Source: an uncultured archaeon
Lineage (GTDB): Archaea > Iainarchaeota > Iainarchaeia > Iainarchaeales > Iainarchaeaceae
Length of the DNA stretch: 31,654 nucleotides
Assembly (NCBI GenBank): GCA_964510425.1
Contig: CAZEBH010000001.1
Location: forward strand, 1-31,654
Reading direction: 5' to 3'
Part shown: one piece after another, positions 24,618-31,654 of the stretch
How positions within the stretch are numbered: the stretch's first letter is position 1
How the letters are laid out: every line of letters begins with the position of its first letter
Position numbers and translations under genes: made by a program
The notes under the pieces: model-generated
The model's database searches: none
What the model was told of the DNA's origin: nothing
Seen by the model: only the letters and a program-made list of their open reading frames with translations

Positions 24618-25829
24618 TCAACCTATCGCCCTGAAAAAAATATTCCACAAAATGTCCCCGCCAATCTGGAGAACAATATATGCCGCAAGAATTGCCGGGA
24701 CAAATGCCATGGTTTTTTTTACGGTTATATTTTTTGGCGCCTTTCCTTTTTTTGCCATTTCGCGCAATCTTTCTGCAGCCTCTTGCGAAATTCCGCCAGC
24801 ATCCATTGGGGCGGCAAGTATTTTTCCGGTGATTTTATTTTCTTTCATAATTGAACCTGCCAGCTTATTATTGATTAACTGATTTATAACCGTTTTTATG
24901 GTCTGTCCAGCCACAAGTTCTATTCGTCCGTTGCGTTCAACTATAAATGAATCCGGAATCATTCCTTCCTCGATTTTTTTGGTTGGGATAATTTGTTTAA
25001 AAGCAATTTCCCTGCTTTCGGCGTATATTTTCCAGAGCGCATACGCGGCAAATATTGGCACCGAAACAGCCAAGCTTGCCGCAATAAATTCGAGGGGTAA
25101 AATCACAAGCCCTGCAAGCCCAAAAGCGGCGGAGATGATTTTTCCCGCCTTTTTTGGCAAGAGCGCGACAATTAGAAGTAGTGCAAATGAAACTCCGTCC
25201 ACGATATTTTGGGGAAATTCATTTGCAGCAATTATGCCGCTTCCAGAAAAAAACCAGCCAAGAAATATCCGGCTTCCGCTAACAAGTATTGCAACGCCAA
25301 ATATTGACAATGCTTTTTTTGAAAGGGCATTTACTGTTTTTGCAAGTATGTCCCTGTGGCCTAGGGCTGCAGCAAGACTCATTGTAATCCCAAGCGGAAA
25401 AACCATGAGTGCCGATAAAAAAATCAGTGAAATCGCAAAAATGGGCAGGCTTATTGTATTGAATGCAAAGCCATGGATTGGATTTAGCCATGATAGGGCG
25501 GCATAATTTATTGGGTTTGCAAACGCAATTGCGGTGACAAGCTTTACATCCCCGCCTGCCCAAACACCCATTCTGTAGAGTGCATACGAAACAACAAACC
25601 CTATCGCCCCTGCAATAATTGATGCCTCAAGCGGGCCAAGGTTGCCTGCAAAGTAAGATTCCGCCCCCCTGAGCAAAAGTCCAATTGCTGCAAACGAGTA
25701 CACCAAACTGTTACTGACAAGCCTTTTTTTGATATCAGTAATTGTTGCAACAAATAGGGCTGTGATTGTCAGTAAGACATAAACTGATGCAAAAGCAAGC
25801 ATTGTCGGTTCGCCAAAGTATAAACTCAC
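24618..25829 (-). CDS. A24-family prepilin peptidase with C-terminal extension (FlaK/EppA-like)
   Basis: TDIKKRLV (first Asp), WAGGDVKL (GGD), polytopic TM helices, C-terminal EGMIP...FVPAIL domain. GTG start. Confidence 0.88.
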   Translation of the reverse strand: MSLYFGEPTMLAFASVYVLLTITALFVATITDIKKRLVSNSLVYSFAAIGLLLRGAESYFAGNLGPLEASIIAGAIGFVVSYALYRMGVWAGGDVKLVTAIAFANPINYAALSWLNPIHGFAFNTISLPIFAISLIFLSALMVFPLGITMSLAAALGHRDILAKTVNALSKKALSIFGVAILVSGSRIFLGWFFSGSGIIAANEFPQNIVDGVSFALLLIVALLPKKAGKIISAAFGLAGLVILPLEFIAASLAVSVPIFAAYALWKIYAESREIAFKQIIPTKKIEEGMIPDSFIVERNGRIELVAGQTIKTVINQLINNKLAGSIMKENKITGKILAAPMDAGGISQEAAERLREMAKKGKAPKNITVKKTMAFVPAILAAYIVLQIGGDILWNIFFRAIG

Positions 25830-25835
25830 CTGCCC

Positions 25836-26034
25836 TTATTTAATGATTGCCCCGAAGAAAAAATTATGGCAATTCAAGCGGCTTGGCAGTCTGCCCATTA
25901 ATGCCGGAATTGTACTGTCATAGTTATATAATGGCTCAAGCTGCGCCCTGTCGGCAATTATTGCGATGTTGAATGCGATTATGGTTACTGCGATAACCAG
26001 AAGTGCAGCAAACATTACTGTTATGGAATATTTA
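25836..26034 (-). pseudogene. 5'-truncated copy of the small pilin at 27442-27612
   Basis: 52 bp identical (25938-25989 = 27490-27541) plus ~45 bp diverged homology. Reads KYSITVMFAALLVIAVTIIAFNIAIIADRAQLEPLYNYDSTIPALM and lacks the RA|Q cleavage motif. Confidence 0.8.
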
Positions 26035-27288
26035 CTGGTTTTTTTCCAGCAGCCACTTCCATGCTGGCGTGATTTTTATGGTGCCGGCCTTTTCCTTCAT
26101 TTCGCCTTCCTTATGGGCGGTTAATATGTAGCCCTTTTTCACGTCGAACTTGCGCATGAATTCCGTCATGCCTTTTGTTTCTATTTTGCCTGATTTGATT
26201 TCTATTGGCAATGGCCCCGCGGCATCAAGCACAATGTCAACCTCATTCTTGTACTGGTCACGCCAGAAGAATTCAGCCTTGAGGCAGTTCACAAGAAAGG
26301 ACTCAAATGCAATTCCGATTGCATGGCTGTCCTGTGCGTAGAGGAGCGAGGGCGGCAGTATTGCAGGGTAGTATTTCTTGAGTTTTCTCGAGCTTTTCCT
26401 GACGTTTTTTGAGTAATTGAACAGCCTCCTCACAAGAAATGATTTTTCCAGAAGGTTCAGGTAATTTGACACCACAGCCCTTTGCAGGCCAAGTTCTTTT
26501 GAAAGTGAATTTGCCTCTATAACCCTTCCAGGTTCGTTCATGATAATTTTTGCCACCGACTCAAAGCCCGCCATGTCGCGTATCCTAAACATTCTCTGCA
26601 AATCCTTGTATAGCACCTTGTCAACAATCCCCTCCATGAGATATTTTTTTACAAATTCCATGTTTTCTGTTTCGCCTATTAGCTGCGGGAAACCCTGTGT
26701 GAGCATGAATTCTTGGAAAAGGGCGGAGAGCTCCTTTCCCTGAAGTTTCCTGTCAATGGATTCTTTGCCCTTAAATGAGAGAAATTCGCCAAATGAAAGC
26801 GGCTCCACGCGGAATTCGAAAATCCTCCCGGCTAATGTTTCCTTGGATTTTGAGCGTATGAAAAGTGATTCGGAGCCGGAAATGGTTAGGCGCATTTCGG
26901 GGTTGAGATCATATGCTGTCTTGAGCTGCGCCTCCCAACCTTCAACTTTTTGGATTTCGTCAAAAAAAACGTGATAGTCTTTTTTCCCAGTATAGGAAAA
27001 CAGGGATTCGAATTCCGAGATGACCCTGCGGATGTCGGCATCGGGAAATTCGTCAAAGGAAAAAAACAGGATTTTTTTTGCCTGAAATCCATTTTTCAGG
27101 AGTGCGTCAACAAGCCTTAACATGAGAGTTGTCTTGCCAGTCCTTCTCAGTCCGCAAAGCGATATTATTTGGCGCTTCCCAAAAAATTTCAGTATTTCGG
27201 TGAAAATCTCCCGGTTCTTTGAGGAGTGGCTAAATGTGCCATGCCACCAGGGGTTGAATTCCAAAAGACTCTCTTTTATTTGTGCCAT
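26032..27288 (-). CDS. AAA+ ATPase with winged HTH and C-terminal DUF4143 PD-(D/E)xK-like domain
   Basis: EFNPWW, Walker A GLRRTGKTT, Walker B FFDEIQ, SGSES, LAGR, GFP, HTH-like ANSLSKELGLQRAVVSNYL, EVDIV...PIEIK. Confidence 0.88.
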   Translation of the reverse strand: MAQIKESLLEFNPWWHGTFSHSSKNREIFTEILKFFGKRQIISLCGLRRTGKTTLMLRLVDALLKNGFQAKKILFFSFDEFPDADIRRVISEFESLFSYTGKKDYHVFFDEIQKVEGWEAQLKTAYDLNPEMRLTISGSESLFIRSKSKETLAGRIFEFRVEPLSFGEFLSFKGKESIDRKLQGKELSALFQEFMLTQGFPQLIGETENMEFVKKYLMEGIVDKVLYKDLQRMFRIRDMAGFESVAKIIMNEPGRVIEANSLSKELGLQRAVVSNYLNLLEKSFLVRRLFNYSKNVRKSSRKLKKYYPAILPPSLLYAQDSHAIGIAFESFLVNCLKAEFFWRDQYKNEVDIVLDAAGPLPIEIKSGKIETKGMTEFMRKFDVKKGYILTAHKEGEMKEKAGTIKITPAWKWLLEKNQ

Positions 27289-27301
27289 AAAAAACCATCA
27301 C

Positions 27302-27313
27302 AAATCATGATTT
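27302..27313. promoter_or_regulatory. Perfect 12-bp palindrome AAATCATGATTT between the TATA-like CTTATAAT (~27337-27344, minus strand) and the ATPase start
   Basis: Palindrome read directly from the sequence. An operator role is inference. Confidence 0.35.
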
Positions 27314-27441
27314 ATGTTACATTACTATGGCACAGATTATAAGCCTTTTGGTGGGGCAAAAAGGGTTTCCGTTAACCTGTAAGGGGGGTGTGTGTTCGGA
27401 AGCGTACGTCAGCCCATTTGCAATGGGCTATAAGTTCAAAT

Positions 27442-27612
27442 TCAATTCATGAGCATAGAAATTGCCGAATCGCGGTTCTGCACAACCTTAAGCTGCGCCC
27501 TGTCGGCAATTATTGCGATGTTGAATGCGATTATGGTTACTACAATAACCAGGAATACGGCAAACATAACTGTAAGGAGATATTCAACCGAAACCTGTGC
27601 GCGTGAATTCAT
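27442..27612 (-). CDS. Small class III signal-peptide pilin (RA|QVSVE), 56 aa
   Basis: MNSRAQVSVEYLLTVMFAVFLVIVV class III signal; start placed at the ATG at 27612. Confidence 0.85.
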   Translation of the reverse strand: MNSRAQVSVEYLLTVMFAVFLVIVVTIIAFNIAIIADRAQLKVVQNRDSAISMLMN

Positions 27613-27643
27613 TTCAACCAGCAATATTACTGCGCGGTGGTAT

Positions 27644-27840
27644 TTATTCCTTTTTGGGGGTGTGCATTGCCAGCAGATATTTGAAAGCGGGGATTGTTTC
27701 GATTTTTCCCTTCGGTTCACTTTTAGCGTCCTGAGTCACTATATGCCCTTTTTTCGGCTTGTACTTTTGCATGAACAGTTCAAGGCTCTTTGATTTTGTT
27801 TCGGACAATTTAACTTCTATCGGGGTCAATTCCGGTTCCC
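27644..27840 (-). pseudogene. C-terminal remnant of a second AAA+/DUF4143 ATPase
   Basis: ELTPIEVKLSETKSKSLELFMQKYKPKKGHIVT...IPAFKYLL aligns with PLPIEIKSGKIETKGMTEFMRKFDVKKGYILT...TPAWKWLL of 26032-27288. No ATPase domain upstream. Confidence 0.75.
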
Positions 27841-27981
27841 GTTCTGCTGATGTTCGTATGAGCGGCCCAAACAATGCGGTTGTTGAATGGCGTGGCATTA
27901 CATGAAACCGCCTGCATCCGGACAAGTGCATGGGTTTGCCCTATAGCTGTCCCAGTGGGAGGCGACGGGAGAAAGCATTTG

Positions 27982-28022
27982 AAAAAAAAGAATTAGAAAG
28001 CACAGTTTTTCTGCTGTGCTTT
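27982..28022 (-). terminator. Hairpin plus U-tract terminator after the putative major pilin
   Basis: 9-bp stem AAAGCACAG/CTGTGCTTT (27997-28005 and 28014-28022), 8-nt loop, followed on the minus strand by CTAATTCTTTTTTT. Confidence 0.65.
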
Positions 28023-28048
28023 TTTTTGTGTTTAATTATTTTTTTTGT

Positions 28049-28462
28049 TTATCCTGGTATCATTACGTATGAATTGTTGTTGGTATTTGTTCCTGCATCT
28101 ATGTCCCTTAGGCATGAGCCTCCGGTAACACAACATGCTGCTGCTGTTGCTGCGCCTGTTGTAGTTGCTGTGCATGCTGGGTAGGTGCCTAGTATTTGCC
28201 AGCATTGGTTGTTGTTCCAAATGTGTCTGACTGTCAGTGCAGTGGGTCCTTCTAGTGCTCCTGATATATCATTGCAATTTGGTGCTGGGTTTCCGGCTGT
28301 TGCTGCTAGTTGTGCGGCTACTGCGCCCATGCTGGTGGCGTTTGCGTTTGCTCCTCCTGTGCTTCCTAGGTTGAGGAGTAGTGTTACTACTACGACTGCT
28401 ACGATTATTGCCCCTCCTATCAGAAGCAGGTATTCTAGTGCTCCTTGTCCTTTTTGTTTCAT
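28049..28462 (-). CDS. Class III signal-peptide pilin, probable major pilin (KG|QGALE)
   Basis: MKQKGQGALEYLLLIGGAII canonical signal, GGGAGG SD 6 nt upstream, own terminator, strong codon skew, six Cys. Confidence 0.88.
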   Translation of the reverse strand: MKQKGQGALEYLLLIGGAIIVAVVVVTLLLNLGSTGGANANATSMGAVAAQLAATAGNPAPNCNDISGALEGPTALTVRHIWNNNQCWQILGTYPACTATTTGAATAAACCVTGGSCLRDIDAGTNTNNNSYVMIPG

Positions 28463-28493
28463 GTTTTTCCTCCCTTGTTTTTTTTATTTTGAA

Positions 28494-28643
28494 TCATAAT
28501 TTTTGTTGTATCTGTGGCGCTACTTGCTGGGACACAAAGTTTTTGAGGAAAAAACCAACAGTTATTGCCGCAACCACTGCAAGTCCTAGTATTACCAGGA
28601 TTTCAGTTGAAGCCTGCGCTTTTTCCTCTCCAAATATTTTCAT
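28494..28643 (-). CDS. Small pilin-like protein (KA|QASTE), 49 aa
   Basis: MKIFGEEKAQASTEILVILG class III signal. ATG overlaps the stop of the upstream gene (ATGA). Confidence 0.8.
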   Translation of the reverse strand: MKIFGEEKAQASTEILVILGLAVVAAITVGFFLKNFVSQQVAPQIQQKL

Positions 28644-29605
28644 GTTGACCCAACCCCTACCAGAATTCCGGAAATGAATGCTGCCAATAGGTAGGAAATA
28701 TATGCTATACACAAGAGAACTGGGATATATATAATGCTTTTGCTTATTTTGCCTTCCCTCATAATTGAAATCATTATGCCTGTAGCCACCGATTCCACAA
28801 AAAGATAGCCCTGAATTGATAGCTGTATTATCCCAAGGGCGTTACTGGATTCCGCCACCCTTTCCGCGCTGACTGCGGCAGATGAGGCGTTTAAAAGCAC
28901 TTTTGAAATGGTTGAAACAAAGCCAAAAATCATTGGCGCAACAAACCCGCCCGCTGCAAACATGAAAATGACCTGCAGCACGGTTCTGGCTTTTCTTTCC
29001 TTTTGTGCCCTGTGGGATTCGCGCACATCCTCGGCAATTTCTTCAAGCACATTGGCAAGGCCGGCGCCTGCCGCCACCGAATCTATTATGATGGTCACGG
29101 TTCTTTTTACAAGCCTTGAATCTATGTTGTAGGCGAGTGTTTTTAGCGAGGTTTCAAAGTTTTCGCCTTCCTCAAGTTTTTTGAGTGCCTCGTTAATTTC
29201 CTTCTTTAATGGGCCCAAATCGGAGTTTGCAACTTCTCGTAGGGCATATTCATAAGTTCCCCCGCTTTTGAGGGTGTCTGCCATCTGCCGCAGTGCGTCC
29301 GGCAAATCCCCCTCTATTTGCTCGATGCGCTGCTCCGCCTTGAAATATGGGTATCCGATTAAAAGGTCAAGAACAACAAGAAAGAGTAGAAATGATACCT
29401 GCGGTGTTTCTTTGACCAAAAGAATTTCGCCGCTAACATACCAAACCATTATCCCAACAAGTACTGCCGCAAGAAAAGCGAAGCCAATCCATAGCAGCGG
29501 GTCCGCACGGAACTCTGCTGTGCGCAGGTATTCGGCATAATTGCGCAAAAATTTGTTGTTTTTTAGGAATGGGATGTTTTGCATCAGTTTTAGTTCCATT
29601 TTCAC
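28640..29605 (-). CDS. Type II secretion system F / TadC-like pilus platform protein
   Basis: IEGDLPDALRQMADTLKSGG...AL..GPLKKE...GAGLANVLEEIAED T2SSF pattern with flanking TM helices. Confidence 0.88.
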   Translation of the reverse strand: MKMELKLMQNIPFLKNNKFLRNYAEYLRTAEFRADPLLWIGFAFLAAVLVGIMVWYVSGEILLVKETPQVSFLLFLVVLDLLIGYPYFKAEQRIEQIEGDLPDALRQMADTLKSGGTYEYALREVANSDLGPLKKEINEALKKLEEGENFETSLKTLAYNIDSRLVKRTVTIIIDSVAAGAGLANVLEEIAEDVRESHRAQKERKARTVLQVIFMFAAGGFVAPMIFGFVSTISKVLLNASSAAVSAERVAESSNALGIIQLSIQGYLFVESVATGIMISIMREGKISKSIIYIPVLLCIAYISYLLAAFISGILVGVGST

Positions 29606-30744
29606 ACCTTAGGTTCGCTCATTTTCAGGTAAATTATAAGTATCCCAAGTATTGAGGGCATTATCATCAGGTATGCTATTGCTATTAGAATTGGCGGTAT
29701 CGATACGCTGCCTATCGAAATCGGGGCGTTTAGCACCGCGCCTATTATTGCAAGAAAAACGGGCGCGACAATTGCTATGAAAATGTATATTACCCCAAAA
29801 AAATTCATTTTCTCGGAATAGTCCCTAACCTTTACCCTCAAATCAAAACTGACATCCTCTGCGATTGTATTCATGGTATCGGATAGGTTCCCGCCGGTTT
29901 TTAGCGCCCTTACCATGTGCAGCATGGCGTTGCGCAGGGCCTTGGACTGGGTCCTCATGGCGAAATGTGTGAGTGCCTCTTTGGCATCGGTTCCTTCCTC
30001 AATTTCTGTGACCGTTCTTGCAAATTCCTCGCTTAAAATCCCATAATCCGCAACTGCAATTGTCTGGATTGTCTTGTATAGCCCGATTCCGGCCTTTAGT
30101 TCGGTTGCCATGTGCCTTAGTGCAAATGGAAGTTCGGTGCTCACTTCGCCTCCCCTGCGCCGTGCCACCTCGCGCGGAACCATGAGCATTACAACAAGTG
30201 AAAACCCCCCGACCAGCATCGGGATAAATATTGTAAATGCGGGGGAGAATTCAAAGTAGTAAAACAGAAAGCCCATGAACACAAAGGCAAATAGCATTGT
30301 TGCAACGGTTGTGGACACTGTAAGTGCCAGCCACTGGGTTATTGAAAATTTCATGTTTGCGGAGTAGAGGTAATAGCGCGTATCTGCAGTAATCGGTATT
30401 TTTTTTAAAAAATCGAGGAGCAAATCCATTATTGGCCGGAACCAGATGTAGAATTTTCCAAGCCTTTTAATTACCGGCGAGCGGAATTCGGCGAGGTCCT
30501 CGACGCTCTCGACCTTGATTGCAGCGGCTTCGTTCTCGGTTATTATGCCGCGAAGTTCGCCCAGTTTCCCCCCAACCTTTTCAAACTCCACGCCCTGATC
30601 CGTGTATTTTTTCTTCATGCGTTCGACAATCTTGTCGACCTTTTTGGTATCAAGCCTCTCTTGCGGTGCGGGAATTTCTTCGGGCAGAACCTTTTTCTTT
30701 TTCCTCTCCTCAATCTGCTTTCTTATCTGGTTAAGTTCCGCCAA
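29602..30744 (-). CDS. Type II secretion system F / TadB-TadC-like pilus platform protein
   Basis: ELPFALRHMATELKAGIGL...YGILSEEF...TGGNLSDTM T2SSF pattern with TM helices. TTG start. Confidence 0.88.
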   Translation of the reverse strand: MAELNQIRKQIEERKKKKVLPEEIPAPQERLDTKKVDKIVERMKKKYTDQGVEFEKVGGKLGELRGIITENEAAAIKVESVEDLAEFRSPVIKRLGKFYIWFRPIMDLLLDFLKKIPITADTRYYLYSANMKFSITQWLALTVSTTVATMLFAFVFMGFLFYYFEFSPAFTIFIPMLVGGFSLVVMLMVPREVARRRGGEVSTELPFALRHMATELKAGIGLYKTIQTIAVADYGILSEEFARTVTEIEEGTDAKEALTHFAMRTQSKALRNAMLHMVRALKTGGNLSDTMNTIAEDVSFDLRVKVRDYSEKMNFFGVIYIFIAIVAPVFLAIIGAVLNAPISIGSVSIPPILIAIAYLMIMPSILGILIIYLKMSEPKV

Positions 30745-30748
30745 GCAA

Positions 30749-31654
30749 TCAGCCCTTTGTCATTATGTAATCCTTCATTTTTCTCGAAACAGCCCTCATT
30801 TCGTGGGTGTTTTCGTGCATGAGCTTTGTAAGATAATTCCCGCGGTGCTCTATTTCTGTTTCTATTTCTTTTCTTGTAAGCCCGCTTAGTTCCTGCAGTG
30901 TTATAATGTATTCCATGGGTTCATCAGTTCTTTTAAGCGTGTCAAGGATTGGGTCCCACTTGTAAATGGTCGTGGCTGTCGGTTTTCCCTTAAGGGCTCC
31001 TGTAACTTCGGCTATTTCAGTTACCCTTCTGATTGTTCCGAGTTTTTTGTCATGGAGCCTGTGTATGACCACAATGAAGTTGAGTCCCGAGAGCATCACT
31101 TCAGGGACATTCATGGGGGGGTTTGTGACCCTTACAATTGTCTCTTCAGGTGAATTTGCGTGCACTGTTCCCAAACTTCCATCATGTCCGGTGTTGAATG
31201 CGGTGAATAGCGTGAAGGCCTCATCGTGCCTGACTTCGCCGACAATTATCCTATCCGGCCTCATTCGCAGCGAGTTTTTTGTGAGTATGTCCATTGTAAG
31301 TTCTCCTGTTCCCTCAAGGCCTGGCGGGCGCGCCTCCATTCTTATCCAGTGCCGGAGCGGAAGGCTTAGTTCAGCCGTGTCCTCTATTGTAATTACCCTT
31401 TCATTGTCCGGGATAAATGTTGCAAGAACGTTTAGCAGCGTGGTTTTTCCGGCGCCTGTTCCGCCGGAAACCAGAATGTTTGCCGGGCGTGTTCCCGAGC
31501 CTTCGGTGCAAAGCCACAAAAATCCGGCGGCGTGCGTATCAAGCGTGCCTGATTGTATCAGGTCAATTATTGAATATGGCTCTTCGCGGACTTTTCGTAT
31601 TTTCAGGGTCGAGCCCTGTACACTTTCCGGCGTCATTGTTGCCGTTAACCGCTC
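30749..31654 (-). CDS. Type IV pilus assembly ATPase (TadA/CpaF/FlaI family), 5'-partial
   Basis: Walker A GGTGAGKTT, TIEDTAEL, LRMRPDRIIVGEVR, TGHDGSLGTVHA. The frame is open to the window edge. Confidence 0.92.
   Translation of the reverse strand, partial: ERLTATMTPESVQGSTLKIRKVREEPYSIIDLIQSGTLDTHAAGFLWLCTEGSGTRPANILVSGGTGAGKTTLLNVLATFIPDNERVITIEDTAELSLPLRHWIRMEARPPGLEGTGELTMDILTKNSLRMRPDRIIVGEVRHDEAFTLFTAFNTGHDGSLGTVHANSPEETIVRVTNPPMNVPEVMLSGLNFIVVIHRLHDKKLGTIRRVTEIAEVTGALKGKPTATTIYKWDPILDTLKRTDEPMEYIITLQELSGLTRKEIETEIEHRGNYLTKLMHENTHEMRAVSRKMKDYIMTKG

Noticed and set aside
25938-27586. Pilin copy pair as template/variable repeats of a diversity-generating retroelement
   Set aside because: Mismatches are not adenine-specific (many C/T and synonymous changes) and there is no reverse transcriptase in the window.
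27841-27980. GC-rich stretch with GCGGTT/AACCGC and TCCC-AGT-GGGA stems as an ncRNA or element end
   Set aside because: The stems are short, there is no second copy, TIR or TSD in the window, and it cannot be distinguished from decayed sequence at the remnant boundary.
31590-31654. Degenerate-looking N-terminal edge of the tad ATPase (ERLTATMTPESVQG...IRKV versus the usual xRVNAT...IRKF) as pseudogenisation
   Set aside because: The deviations cluster in the last ~65 nt of the window, all downstream motifs are intact, and low-quality edge sequence is as likely. Read-level data are needed.

Overview
Archaeal chromosomal window. Gene content and style suggest DPANN, probably Iainarchaeota/Micrarchaeota-like (inference). 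The left ~18.6 kb is mostly housekeeping: 5'-truncated HerA-type ATPase, DedA, a catalytically degenerate family-B DNA polymerase homologue, rpo6, rps17e, Rad50, EF-1beta with its Zn-ribbon partner (missed by the ORF track), tRNA-Arg(UCG), CCA-adding enzyme, an orphan VirB11/TadA ATPase, TYW3, Elp3, a Holliday-junction-resolvase-like nuclease, pelota and ABCE1 head-to-head, and asparagine synthetase. The right ~13 kb is a minus-strand type IV (Tad-like) pilus locus: ATPase (cut by the window edge), two TadB/TadC membrane proteins, an A24 prepilin peptidase, nine class III signal-peptide pilin-like genes and one pilin remnant. It is interrupted by gpmA, a JAMM protease, a TctA-like permease, an OB-fold protein and an AAA+/DUF4143 ATPase. 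The main structures outside the ORF track are: (i) two copies of a ~135-bp MITE, each with imperfect terminal inverted repeats and its own 9-bp target-site duplication; (ii) a 72-bp hairpin-bearing tandem repeat sitting in frame in the leader of a prepilin; (iii) a duplicated [DUF4143 ATPase end + pilin] unit with reciprocal decay; (iv) two head-to-head gene pairs whose ATGs are exactly 52 nt apart with a central TATA box. No CRISPR array, rRNA or transposase is seen.
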